DNA of 63,447 nucleotides, the filler included, from Reticulomyxa filosa (lineage: Eukaryota; Protista; Foraminifera), in the NCBI GenBank assembly GCA_000512085.1. It is 19 parts of 19 records of this genome, joined end to end, with 100 filler letters (N's around TTAATTAATTAA, not from the genome) between each part and the next. Parts side by side here need not be neighbours in the genome. Positions count along the whole stretch, not along the records: positions 23,721 to 26,180 come from ASPP01028476.1; positions 26,281 to 30,915 come from ASPP01014465.1; positions 31,016 to 34,328 come from ASPP01023318.1; positions 34,429 to 35,992 come from ASPP01025330.1; positions 36,093 to 38,108 come from ASPP01023510.1; positions 38,209 to 42,524 come from ASPP01044786.1; 13 more parts are not named here. One strand, given 5' to 3'. This document shows, in pieces, positions 26,010-38,782 of the stretch. The position numbers and the translations under genes were made by a program. The notes under the pieces were generated by a model. That model saw nothing but the letters and a program-made list of their open reading frames with translations, did no database searches and was not told the DNA's origin. How positions within the stretch are numbered: position 1 is the first letter of the stretch; each line of letters starts with the position of its first letter.

Positions 26010-26302
26010 GTTTAGTAGATTGCATGCATATTATATAGAGTTCCAAAAAGGGGGAAAGAGAAAAGAGAAGGGGTTTATAGATGAACGCGATTTTTTTTGA
26101 GTGGAAAATTTTTTCAATCTATCTTTTATTTCAAAAAAAAAAAAAAACATTATATATATATATATATATAAATATATAAANNNNNNNNNNNNNNNNNNNN
26201 NNNNNNNNNNNNNNNNNNNNNNNNTTAATTAATTAANNNNNNNNNNNNNNNNNNNNNNNNNNNNNNNNNNNNNNNNNNNNTTTTTTTTTTTTTTTTTGTA
26301 AG

Positions 26303-26521
26303 TTGCTCATGATCTGGGAGACAATATTTTCTGATTTGTTTGTAAAACATCATCAAGCAAACAAATTGTTAACCTCTGCATTCATTTGCTCCATGTTGGC
26401 ACGTGTAATTGTATGTTCCATTCTGGTTCGTTATCTCATTCGCATTGCCAAAAGGAAAGAATTTTATGACTGTTATATTCTGGAATCCGTCTGTGTTCCA
26501 TGCTTTTGTAAAGGTCCCTAA
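26303..26521 (+). CDS. Probable last exon of a membrane protein
   Basis: Hydrophobic helix followed by a Cys-rich tail (VCVPCFCKGP*); starts after a poly-T...taag acceptor. Confidence 0.3.
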   Translation: MLMIWETIFSDLFVKHHQANKLLTSAFICSMLARVIVCSILVRYLIRIAKRKEFYDCYILESVCVPCFCKGP

Positions 26522-27410
26522 AATGAATTCTTGACAATACGGGCACTAATTTCAATGTTTTATGCACATGTTATTTGATAATGTAATATTCATCAATAAA
26601 AATTTTACAACTTAACACAAGACTCGAAGTATCTGTTTTCCCAAAACACAACATTTTTAAAAATCTTTTGTACACTATCGAAAAACACACAAGAAGACAA
26701 GTGAACACAAACGTAACAGATTCACAGAGACAAGAGAAGCAGTCTGACTAAAACCACTGGCAAACAGAGCCGCGACAAATGCTGTAATCAATGTCCCTTT
26801 CATTTTTATAACTTCAGACGACAAGTAGCCTTTTTTAACAAAGGAAAAACAGCGGAGTCCACCTTTTCATATGACCAAAAAGTCCTTTTGACAAATTATA
26901 ACGATGAATTCAATTAACAAATAAATTGAATACTCCAACAACATATCATGAATACAAATGCAATACTAAAACACACTTGGCAGCAACATACTTCCTTAGA
27001 AGCAAGTGAAACAATTGATTGACTTGTACAGTTTTAAATCTTTTTGATATACAAAAGAAATAAGTACACTTTCGACAACACAAGCTCATTCAGTCAACAC
27101 ACTTTAGTACTTTTCAAGAGTAAACTTTGAACTTACAAGAAACATAAAAACATGAAAGAGAAAAAAATAAAAAAAATGGAACTGAACCATTTTTAAGGGA
27201 CCCTTCCACTCCACCGTAATTTTTCCGTTGTTTCGGAGTAAAATGTGTTTGAATAAATAAAAATGTTAATTATGGTGTATTTGGATAATATATGTTGATG
27301 GCAAACGAATGCATCAAAAAAATATTATCAACTATATTATTTGTTTGCATAAAATTTTGTTCGTTTTAAAAAAGGTACAAAAAGACCAAAAATCAACTAA
27401 AAATCCAATA

Positions 27411-29421
27411 ATGAACGACAAGAATAGCAATAATAAAAGTAAGAACAAAAATAAAAAGAAGAAGAAGAACAAAAATAAGAATAAAACGTTGGCAGTCACC
27501 AATAACAGTCGCAAAGACTTGAGCCCAGTTGCCACAGCGACCACAGCTGCAGCGACAGCCACAGCCACAGCCACAGCTACGACAGCGACAGCGACAACGA
27601 CAATGACCACAACGACGACAACAACAACAGCAGCCATACCAAGTTTGATGCATAATTCCAACACAACGTTGTTGGACTTGTGGAAGAAGGCAGCAAGCAT
27701 TGAGATTGAAAACACAAAACTGGGGACTAATTCAGTGTCCAGCGGGGCTCACAAGTCCTCCTCCTCTTCCTCTTCCTCTTCCTCTTCCTCATCATCCTCA
27801 TCTTTATCCTCATCCTCATCCTCATCCTCATCATCATCATCATCACTGGAGTTGAGTGTGGCGTTGAATCCAAATGCAAGTACAACGACCAATCACACCT
27901 CCGCCAAAATGAATTACGCGAATGTGGAGCCGACGATTGGGAGTGACGTCACCACCAGCGGCAAGCCATTGATACCATCGCCGCCATTGTTTGGAAGAAA
28001 TAAGGTTGTGATAACGCATGTTACGGTGAACAAAACGCAAAATTCGGCCGTCTTTCAATCCACCGTGTTGGATGCGGGCGTCAATGGAAAAAACCCCAAC
28101 GATTTGTTCGCGCTCTCGGATATACTTTGTCCCACTCTCCCCACGTCACCACAGCAGACTATCCATACCATTGGCGATGACGCTGCACTTGTCGATGCGA
28201 AGAAAGCATTGGCGATTATGCCTTCGTCTCCACCTCCGTCGTCCTGTTTCTTGCTATCTGATCGTTACAAAGCAAACGCTATAAGCATCTGCAATAATAA
28301 TAATAATAAGACAAATAGTAATGACAATATGAATAATGCCAATGACAAGAATAAAAATAAAAATAAAAATAAAAATAAAAATAAGAACAATAATAATAAT
28401 AAGAGCAAAAGTAAGAATAAGAACAATGACAATTCGTTGTGTCTTCCCGAACAGGGCATGTACGCGGCACGTTCGAACTGGAACCCTTTGCCACAGCCAG
28501 CGACAGACGACGACGACAACAACAAACACGAACATGAAAACCAAAGCGAACACGCGAGCGAGAGTAACAAGGACGGGGACAACACATATCGCCCCTATGT
28601 TCCTGACAAAGGGACTCGAAGTGTCGTAACGGACGACAAGGCAAGACGTGACGATGTTGAAAAAGAAATTGAAGAGTTTGAAGATGAAGAAAATGATGAG
28701 GAAGAAGAAGAAGAAGAAGAAGAAGCAGAGGAGAAGAAGAAGAAGAAGAAAAAGAGAGAAGAGAAAGATGATGATGATGATGATGATGATGATGACGATG
28801 ATGAAGAAGACAATGACAACGAGGATGACTCAGGTTGATTTTACTTAAAAGATATATCTAATTGATTGATTTATTTATTTAATTTACTTTAAAGTAAATA
28901 AAAACAATATGACACACACACACACACATAACAATTGTAGATGAGGACGATAACAGTGGAATGACCGACGAACTAGAGGACTTGCTGATGGAAAGTATGC
29001 AAGAGTTTGCGATCATCCCATTTTCCAAAAAGTCCGAAATCTACTTTATTGTTCCAGACAACGCGTTTCGAGACTTGTGGCAAGGACAGTTCCATTTATT
29101 CCATCAGTTGTGCATGGAACAGTTTGGGCCTTCTCGTTTTCTGCCCATCTTTTGGAGTGGCAAGCCTTGCTTACTCGTCGAATTCATGTTTCACAAAGAC
29201 GCCCGCGAAGCCTTTGACTATATCAACGATGCCATCGCCGCCCATTTCCATGAACACGCGAAGGTATTGTGTCGATACGTGCAGTCGTGGTTTGGCCACG
29301 CTTATTTTTTTCAACATTCCATTTCTATCGTGTCCACACAAATGCTGTATGCAAATGGTTGCAATTTGTTCAATCAACATCAATTGCTTGATTTTTTAGG
29401 CATTTCTGTCAATGGTATACA

Positions 29422-29458
<37 letters not shown>

Positions 29459-30336
29459 GTTTATATATTTCATTATGCAAAAATAGATCGTTCTGACAGA
29501 AGCAAGAAACGAAAAGAAGTGTTTTTGAAGAACATCGGAACAGAACAACGGCAAAGCAAAGTCGAAAGCACGCATGACGCAAGTGAAAGCAGCGCAAAGA
29601 GCAAAAAGACGACTCATGAGGACAAAGCGTTGACATTTTGCCAACACGACAGCAAAGAACATACGTCCAAAGAGTCGTTAAAAAAGAAGAAGAAAAAGCG
29701 GAAAAAGTCGACGAATGCTCATCGACAAAAGAAAAAAGGGGCGTCTTCCTCGTCCACTTCCACTTCCACTTCCACTGCTACTGCTCCTCTGTTACCGTCG
29801 TTATCCTCTCGCTCTGCTTCGTTATCAGTTTCTTCTTCTTCTTCTTCTCCTTCTTCTTCTCCTCCTCTTTCTTCTTCTTCTTCTTCTTCTGTCCCCTCCG
29901 TTTCTTCTTCTCACCTTCGCTCCCGCTCTCATGCTCATGCTCGTGCTCGTTCTCGTTCTCGTTATCATTATCGTTCCCCTTCTCATTCTTCTTCTCCTCC
30001 TTCCGCCTCTGCTTCTGCACTTTCTCGTTCGCCCCCGCCGTCCTTGTCCGGCGCGCTTGCCTTCCCTTCAGATTTGAATGGTTCCGTGAAGCATGCTGAC
30101 AAAAGGAAAAAGAGCAAAAAAGAGGGGTCACAAAAAAGCAAGTGCGAATCGCTGGCAAAAGAGAAGTCGAGTAATAAAGGCCGTTCCAAGAGTCGTGATG
30201 ACTTGGAAAAGCAACCATCTTCCAAAGAAAAGAGTCACGAAGTTGTGCAAAAACACAGCAGTCCGATCGACAAGACCATTGAAAAAGCTGCTCATTCTTC
30301 TCGTCGTCATTCTCACAAATCAAAGCATTCTCAATC

Positions 30337-30367
<31 letters not shown>

Positions 30368-30826
30368 CGTAAATGCTTGGAGTCAGATCGTGTCAGTAAT
30401 TGCTCACAGTCCTCGTTTTCGTCACAGTTTGATTATTCCCCGTCCGAAGACGAACGGGAAGAAAAAAAAAAGACAAGCCTGCCAAATCAAAAAAACACAC
30501 TGAACACTCGGAAAAAAAAAAAGTAAGGAAAAGCACAAAAAAAAAGATAAAAAAAATCACTCGGGCCATTCCTTTTCATCTGGCGGCGACAAGAAACCAC
30601 ACTTACCGCTTTACACTGGCGATTTGGTGAATGTCAAGTCTTGTCAAAAAGATGTCTATGTGACTTCGAACGCAAATTTTGATGTCGATAAAGTTGAATT
30701 GCTTGGGCCAGACGGACAATCTGTTATTAAAAGGAAACAAGATATATCCTTACTGTTCTCTTGGCATTTTGACGGTCAAAACATCGCCAAAACTTCACTA
30801 AAAGATCATTACATTCGCAAATTGTG
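27411..30826 (+). CDS. Large low-complexity protein (poly-T/S/N/E/D/K/Q, RS-like) with an RRM-like globular segment; 3'-partial
   Basis: ORFs 27309-28838 and 28961-30526 linked by GT-AG introns; globular segment EIYFIVPD...CLLVEFMFHKDAREAFDYIN; frameshift in an A-run near 30520. Confidence 0.55.
27757..27845 (+). repeat. TCN trinucleotide microsatellite encoding poly-Ser; similar coding microsatellites occur at ~27540, 28350, 28700, 29830, 30340, 46220 and 62310
   Basis: (tcc/tct/tca)n visible directly. Confidence 0.9.
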
Positions 30827-31825
30827 GTAAGTTTATTTCATTACTTTCTTCTCTTATCTTTGTTTTGACCAAATGCCAATATTTCTTTATTTCTTGTTGT
30901 TGTTTTTTTTTTTTTNNNNNNNNNNNNNNNNNNNNNNNNNNNNNNNNNNNNNNNNNNNNTTAATTAATTAANNNNNNNNNNNNNNNNNNNNNNNNNNNNN
31001 NNNNNNNNNNNNNNNTTAATGATGATAATATAGATTTTTATATTTTTTTTGTTAATGTGAAGTAATGTAGTTTTTAAAAAAAGGGGAAGGACATGAAAAA
31101 AGTTACCCTTTTGAAAACAAAAAAACGTAGCAAAATAAAAATAATTTTTCGAGTGAATAATATTGAAATTTGGATTATTTATTGTAATGATAAATTTTAG
31201 AGATAAAATAAAAAGTGAATCAGCTTTTGTTCTGCATCATCTAAGATAATCCTAAAAGTTTAAAAAATGTTTACTTTAAATTTATTAAAATATTCAAACA
31301 AATTGTACTTTATAGTGATAATCGATTTTGTCCATGAAAAACAATCACATTTTGCTTTAAATAGTATTATGTAGAGGCCAAGATACTACTAATTATGATG
31401 TCATTTTTCAACAAAGAAATAAGTAAATGTCTTGTTTAAATTTATTAAATTATTTTGTTGGTAATCATAAAAACAACACTCTTTCCTGAATAATCGATTA
31501 AAAAATTAAAAACAGGGCAAAATTTTGCTTCTCTGAATTTTATTCTTTTCAATAGGGATAACCTTAAAATTATTTACACAAAAACAAAAATTGCATTCTA
31601 TATTAATTATGGCTTGTCTTTAAGTATCATGCAACCCCATTTGTCGTATTGTGTGTAATTTAATTGTTTTTTTAAAAAAAGAATCAACTGACCTTGTTTG
31701 TTGACACGATTGATAGGAACATGTACCAGAATGGAAAAATGAAGAAGTGACATATTGGCTGTTCAGTATTAATTTGCAATACGCGCTGTCGTTTTGCAAT
31801 CTGATATCAGATGGCGACAAGAATC

Positions 31826-32050
31826 TAGGGGTATTATACGTCATGGGAGCAAAATTAATGTTTGCTTATGCAGAAGCAACAGTAGTATTAAGAAAAGCCT
31901 ATGGTGGTGCTTATTGTGTGATGCAAAAGGGCTGTCGAAATTTTTTGCCGAGGCAAGGATATGAAGCCACGAAGAAAAATGTTCAAATCCTTTGATTACA
32001 ACCACAAAAGAGATAATCGATTTATTGATGACATGATCACTCCAAGAACA
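31826..32050 (+). pseudogene. PCCB: Acyl-CoA (propionyl-CoA) carboxylase carboxyltransferase subunit remnant
   Basis: GIIRHG[fs]AKLMFAYAEATV[PKITV absent]VLRKAYGGAYCVM and downstream FIDDMITPRTT. Confidence 0.7.
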
Positions 32051-32409
32051 ACAATTATTCTCTTTGCTTTTCTTTTAACATTTCATTCACCATTTCATGT
32101 GCTTTCTTATTTGCTTGATTCCATGAATGATTTTCATCCATTTCAATCTTATATTTAATAGTGATGATAATTTGAATAATTTGTTTACTTTCATTTTGCT
32201 CACTGGTAGCGTTACTTTTTTCAAAAGGATATGTGTCATGAACTTAGAATTTTCAAAAAAAAAATACTTGCAAAAAAAAAACAGTGTCCGTATTTTTAGG
32301 GACCATTGTGCATTAATTCGTGTTTCTGCAATCTAATTTTTTTTTGTAAAATGAAAATGAAATGTTGTTGTATATAAAGATATAATAAAAAATTACCCAT
32401 TATTGCTTT

Positions 32410-32950
32410 TAAACCGCTTGTTGCATTTCCTACACTCAAATTTTTTTCCCCGTCATGGGTATGCATATGCCTAGTAAAATTTGAATTACTGGCAAATTTC
32501 TGTTTGTTTTTTTTTTTTTAATTGAAAATTTTTTGTTCAAAAAAAAGAACGTAACTTTGTCGCAAATCACACACGTATACACATCACTGGTGTGTACTCT
32601 TTTATGATTTTTCAATGATTTTTCATATTTATATTGCCTTTCACATACGTCGCAGGTGAATACATGTTCATTTGGTATTTTAAATCTGGCTTTCACTACG
32701 GCTTCGATCTCTTTCTGTTTATTTTATTTAAATGTAAAAAGATGTTAAATAATTTGTTAACATACCAATTGGTATGCTAACAGCAAGTTCATAATCTCTG
32801 TTATCATTTTTTCTTTTGTATCGCATTGATCCTATAATTTATTGTAATTTTTATTTTTTTTAAAAATAACAATAAAAATACCTGGAGTTGTTCTAATTTT
32901 TCTTTAGCATTCTAAAATGGCTTCTTTCATTCTTGCTCTTGTTGCTCATA
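32410..32950 (-). pseudogene. C2H2 zinc-finger gene, probably disrupted
   Basis: FTCDVCERQYKYEKSLKNHKRVH; YTCVICDK|KFASNSNFTRHMHTH across an intron; third finger frameshifted; upstream exon has a stop. Confidence 0.65.
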
Positions 32951-33144
32951 ATCAAATATCACTGCACCACAACCAAATATCTTGTAATCACACTCGATTT
33001 GCTTATATTCCATCTTTTTTAAATAAAATTTTAATAAGACAGTTTGCCAGTGCTTTCTTTAAAGCTCCAGGATTTATTTATATACAATTTCAAAGGCCAC
33101 TTAAATAATTTTATAAATTAAATTATTATTTCTTTGCAAATTTA

Positions 33145-34328
33145 TCTTTAGATTCCTTGTGGACCCTTTGGGAATTTTTTTTTGGATTCCTTAGGATCCC
33201 TAACTTGCTTCTTACGATTCCTTGGGGATTCCTTGGGATTCCTTGGGATTCTTTGCGAATTCTTTAAGGATTCCTTGCGGATTCCTTGAGATTTCTTACG
33301 GATTCCTTGGGATTCCTTGAGATTTTTTGCGGATTCCTTGGGTATTCCTTGGGATTCTTTAAGGATTCCTTGCGGTTTCCTTGCAAATTCTTTATGGATT
33401 TATTCACAGCGGATTCTTTATGGATTTTTTACTGATTCTTTGCAAATCGTTATGGATTTTTTTGCTGATTTTTTACTAATTCTTTTGCTTTCTTTAGATT
33501 GTATAATACAGTAGAATGCAAAAGAAAGTTGATACATATTTAAAATGTTTTGGTTTTTATTCCATCTTTCCTATTTTTTCAAAAATTTGAATTTTTTGTT
33601 GATTCATGTAAAATTTTGGAAAAAAGTTGACAGTTGTGCATGGTCGTAATTATACAACTTTTTTAAAAATCTAAAATTTTTTTTTAATTTAAAAATTTTT
33701 GCAATTAAATCGAGCCAAAGAATGTTGCAAGTTTTTAGAAATAGGAGTCACCATAAGTGTAAAAATGGAAAAAAAAGCGATTGCACTCTAAAATTAAATT
33801 TAAAAAAGAAGTAATGCAAAAAAAGTTAGTTTTTTTCGTCTATAATTTGCATTGGAAATTCTGAGATTGTCTTTTACGTTTGTATAATCAGCATTTATTC
33901 AAGTGTCACTGTGTTAACAAACAGACAAAACAATCGGCAACATGAAAGCAAATAAAGACAATGTCATAATTATTCATTTTAAACAATAATCACTTTGGCC
34001 TTATTTTTCAAACTTTTTACGTTAACAAAAAAATATTTTTAATTTTTTAGACAATTGTAACAACCAAAGAATAACAAAATAATAAACGAGATGCACCCAA
34101 ATAAAAAAAAGACCACCATGATTATCTCTGTAAAATGCCATTTTATGTATCAACTTTCTTTTGCATTCTACTGTATTATACAATCTAAAGAAAGCAAAAG
34201 AATTAGTAAAAAATCAGCAAAAAAATCCATAACGATTTGCAAAGAATCAGTAAAAAATCCATAAAGAATCCGCTGTGAATAAATCCATAAAGAATTTGCA
34301 AGGAAACCGCAAGGAATCCTTAAAGAAT
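33145..34328. mobile_element. Foldback-like element with internally repetitive long TIRs; right arm cut by the contig end
   Basis: 33354-33538 is the reverse complement of 34144-34328 (185 bp, no mismatch seen); arms are built from ~10-11-bp GGATTCCTTG-type subrepeats; ~600-bp non-coding loop. Confidence 0.8.
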
Positions 34329-35367
34329 NNNNNNNNNNNNNNNNNNNNNNNNNNNNNNNNNNNNNNNNNNNNTTAATTAATTAANNNNNNNNNNNNNNNN
34401 NNNNNNNNNNNNNNNNNNNNNNNNNNNNATTAAACGTTTGAAATCAGAAACAAAACAAAATGAAAAAATTTCGAAAATGTCACCAAAAAAAGAAATCAAA
34501 AATAATCAAATCCATCAAATAAATATTAATTAAATTTGATTAACATTTTAACATTAATCATTAAATGAAGATAATGTAATGTCTATATGAAATATTCTCT
34601 TTTTATACATTATACTTGTATTAAATGTAATTATATCAGTAATCATCAAAATAATTTTTTTGTAAATCAAATGTATCCAATACAATGATTGTATTAGTGC
34701 ACTTCAATTCTAAACATAGAAAGAGATACCTTAAGATAAACTATTCCTGAAATATTTAAGGATCTCTTTATCTGATTGCATTTTTTTGAATTATTGATCG
34801 TTCATATCTTGATACAAGAGGAGATATTGTTTTTGATAATGTACCTCGTTACCATTTTAATAGTTTCCCGTTTTGAGTATTTTGATGATATTTATCCAAT
34901 GCGGCATAATATGTCTTATTGATAAAATTGTCTAACGAGAACATAAGGAACGAGATTCCAAATTGATTTCTTGTTCAATGCTTTCTGTTGTAATAATCAA
35001 GAAAATTGAATTATTCTAAACAGTCAATGTCTTTGCGCAAATACTTTTATTTTGTATTTGTCTAATTTGTGATTATTTTCATAATAGTGGTGTAAAATGC
35101 ATTTTTTGATCCAGTATCATATTTTCTCTTCTTATCGTGTTTTAATTTTTCTGTTTTATAATAAAACATTTTGCATTTTCATTTTAACCATATAAGCATT
35201 ATATTATTAGATATACTGAATAAGTAAAAAAAAGATAATTTATTGTTTTAATACAATCATAAATTCTATTTTTGAAGTCCCTTCATTGAACTTGAAAAAA
35301 AAAGTTAAACTTTTCCATTTTACATCATTGAAGACTAACCAAGCCAAAAAACAAAAGTAGTTGCAAA

Positions 35368-35992
35368 ATGACAGCTCATATCAACCATGAACAAACTTTA
35401 CCACAACTAGTGGTGGTAAGTTTTATTCCAAAGTTGATTGTCTTCAATTTTTTATTGCGTTCATTGTGTGGACTTGTGATGACTTAGTCAGAGGAAAACA
35501 AAATCCAAATTATTATCCAGCATTGGATTCGAATATTACACATTAGATTTGGATGGGTTAATGATTTCGATAGTTGTCAATTATGTTACGTTTTTTTATT
35601 TTGTCTTTCATTTAATTAAAAAAACAAATATATTTGTTATTTTTTATCATCACTATTAACACAGACAACTACATTCTTTATGTTTGACACATTTCGTTCA
35701 TCATCCAAATTAGTCAATACATTCACTGAACATACCGACATGGTGTATAGTATTGATTATTTAACATTTGGTGATTATCAATTCATTTGTTCTGGAACAT
35801 ATGATAAAACAGTTCGTGTATGGGATGTTGATGACAACAAACAAATTCAATCATTCAATGGACATTCAGATTCTGTTTATTGTGTAAATTTTCACCATAT
35901 CATTATCATAATCATCGTCAAAATGTCACTTGTTCTTCATCATATGAAAAAACAATTCGTTTTTTGGATTTCGAACATAATAAGCAATTACA
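35368..35992 (+). pseudogene. WD40 gene with an N-terminal IIQHWIR...FGWV motif; frameshifted
   Basis: Motif exon 35488-35584 with a short deletion; HTDMVYSI...VRVWD, GHSDSVYCV, then a frameshift. Confidence 0.7.
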
Positions 35993-36187
35993 NNNNNNNN
36001 NNNNNNNNNNNNNNNNNNNNNNNNNNNNNNNNNNNNTTAATTAATTAANNNNNNNNNNNNNNNNNNNNNNNNNNNNNNNNNNNNNNNNNNNNAAAAAAAA
36101 AAATTAGTTTTGTTTGTTTTAAACTATCCTTCATCCTCCTCTCCCTTCTTCACTCTTTTATGAGAAGTCAATGCTTCTTGCTTCAAC

Positions 36188-36433
36188 TTTTTCAACAGCG
36201 TTATTCGATATCAGAAAACATTTGATTAGAAAAAATCCAAGTGGCTCTTCAAACACATCGATAAAATTCAGCTCGCCTTTGTCCAACAATTGTTTCTCAA
36301 CGTCTGCCAGTGTTGGATAACGCGGTAACTTTCTCAATAAATTGAAATTTAAAGCAGTACTATGACCTTCCTTTATTCCTGCCAAAAATTGTCGATTTTG
36401 AGCGATTTCCACAATTTCGTCATACATTGTCAT
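36188..36433 (-). CDS. First exon of a GRK-like protein (alphaN helix plus start of the RGS-homology domain)
   Basis: LPRYPTLADVEKQLLDKGELNFIDVFEEPLGFFLIKCFL parallels the GRK2/3 N-terminus (LP...QKYLEDRGEVTFEKIF.QKLGYLLFRDFC, recalled); GT donor at 36187. Confidence 0.6.
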
Positions 36434-36844
36434 CTTTATTATATATATGATTTGTTGGACTTTTTTTTCCACAATGAACGGAAAGAATTTACAATATCTT
36501 GTAGTCTCTCGTGCAAAACAGTGCTTATGAATCGTGTAATTGTTAAATGCAAAAATTTAAACGGATATATTCACAAACAAGTGGTTATATCACCATCTGT
36601 TCCATGGTTTGAAGAAAAAATAAAAACAGAGTAAAGAACAATTTTGTTTCTGCACATGAGCACTGTGCTTGCTGAAATCAATTTTTTCTTTTTAAATCAT
36701 AGGCAGTGTTAATTAACTTTTGTTTGATTTACTTAACGGCAGCAATTGTGCAATATCAGATCAATTTCGATCTCATAATCCTAAAGTCAGCCAAAAAAAA
36801 TAATGAAAGATTAAGATATCTTAGCAACTTAGGGGGCGAAACTA

Positions 36845-38108
36845 ATGAGTATAATTGTGAACTCACAAGGACTTCTGACACTGGAAGTACCTTGGAATCA
36901 ATCCACGCATTCAACACAACAAAACTTCACCTATGGAGGGTATACCTACACACTGAAAAAACCCGTGTCAGTGTCATTCGACCCAAGTCCAATAGTAATG
37001 GACGTCAAATGTAGATTTGAAGATCCGGTGGACGATATAACAGACGGAACATCGAAGGGATCCAATGGAAACATATATGATGACCAAACCATCGGACACA
37101 AAAGAGCAAATGCTATCCTTGACAAAGTTAAAAATGGCACATGGGCTTACGTTTATGGCCAGTACCAACATTACCTTCAAAATGGTACCGACCAATTAGT
37201 GACCACAAAAACATATCCATTAAACACATCGGTATGAACATCATTCATCTTACTTTTGTGTCACTCCAAACTTTCAACGTCAATCACTCAACTTCACTTG
37301 CAACTATATATGTATATATTTTTATTATATGTGTTAATGCTTTTCACAAAATTACTTGTATTTCTTTCTTGTTCCCACACAGTGTCCGGTAGATTGTTTA
37401 AATCCAGACAATGTCCGCGGTACAAACAACAGCTATAATTATCCGATTGAAACCTGTTCTCAAGACTGTCTATATTACAACTGCGAGTACCAAGAGAAGC
37501 ATTGGGCAGGAGGAGAGTGTGATCCGGTGTGCACCATTTATTTGTCTATATACATATACACATATATATGTGTATATGTTCAGTTGAAACATTTGTCATT
37601 GTTGTAATTGTAACATACAAAAATGCAGATGATCAACGACAACACCACTCAGATTGAACCAAACTACAAGACTTGGTTTGTGAATATATTCATTTCTGGT
37701 AAACAAGTGCTCATCGTTATACGTATGCAAAAAAAAAATTATTATACGTAGTGTTTTTCACTATCTCTCTTCCCCCCCCTTTTAAGAAGTAAGCACATAC
37801 ACACACAAATAATAAAGGACATATTTTGTATGTTTATGTGTGTATGTGTGTGTGTGGGTTTGAAATGAAAACAATTGTGGAAGGGTCACTCAACTTGGAA
37901 CTTTCATGGAGACAGTACAGAGGGAGCAACTCGTATTTCCCTCCCATTTGGAAGCAATCCTACACCATTTCAGGCGCCCATCTGAATTCCAAAACTTGTT
38001 CGTCAGGCCCTTACAAGGGAACATATTACTGGAACAACGATTATGTAAGCACACAATATGAGCCATACAAAAATGGTAAATCTCAACGATGGGCGTCTTA
38101 TTCATTCG
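36845..38108 (+). CDS. Multi-exon orphan, probably extracellular glycoprotein; 3'-partial
   Basis: Exons ~36845-37231, 37383-37527, 37630-~37722 and ~37884-38108; many N-x-S/T sequons, a Cys cluster, Trp/Tyr-rich. Confidence 0.5.
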
Positions 38109-38208
38109 NNNNNNNNNNNNNNNNNNNNNNNNNNNNNNNNNNNNNNNNNNNNTTAATTAATTAANNNNNNNNNNNNNNNNNNNNNNNNNNNNNNNNNNNN
38201 NNNNNNNN

Positions 38209-38550
38209 GCCACGTTTAAGGCCATTATTGTGCTTGTTCTCCCTGAGCTAAAGTGAAAATTAAACAAAAAATTTCAAAAAAGGTTTCAACAAAAAAAGGG
38301 AAAAAGGCTGAAGGTTTTGTTAAAGCAAATATCCTGCTTTTTGTTTTGCACACAAACTTAAATTCTATTCTCAATTTCTATGCACAATATAATCGTTTGT
38401 TCAAATACAAATTTAATGTGTATGAAGTATTCCAAAATAAAATCTTTTTTTAAAAAATTCAAGTATGCATGCGCTTTAGATAAAAAGGTTAGATCAAGAT
38501 TTACAACAGAGACAAATTTAAATTTTTCCTAGAAGTGCCATTCTATGCAA
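38209..38550. repeat. Local duplicate of 40775-41079 (start codon and upstream region of the 7TM gene)
   Basis: Near-identical from cacgtttaaggccat through cattctatgcaa. Confidence 0.9.
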
Positions 38551-38782
38551 TGTGGGACGTCTGCTGATAGTATTGGTACACTAACTGTAATACGATAGGT
38601 GTTTACTAAGAAGAGAATAAGTGTTTCGTAAAACGAAAGTAATTTAGTAATAAAACAAGATAACAAAAAAAAATTAAGAAAAAGCAAGAACGTAAAAAGT
38701 AGTTTGTTGAGAAAGCTTAACCTACTGGGGATTCCTCCGTTCCGTTGACGTTCAGATACTCATAATATTGACTTGATGTACA
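38551..38782 (-). mobile_element. 3' LTR (232 bp)
   Basis: TG...CA termini; preceded on the minus strand by polypurine tract ggggcaaagagggtgaa (38783-38799); the left end coincides with the breakpoint against the empty paralogous site. Confidence 0.8.

Noticed and set aside
27332-30503. Numerous overlapping antisense and alternate-frame ORFs
   Set aside because: By-products of stop-free trinucleotide and hexanucleotide repeats in one low-complexity gene.
32755-32782. 28-bp near-perfect palindrome
   Set aside because: Single occurrence straddling a splice donor; no supporting context.
33145-33430. CRISPR array or telomeric repeat
   Set aside because: Degenerate 10-11-bp units with no unique spacers, and part of an inverted-repeat arm.
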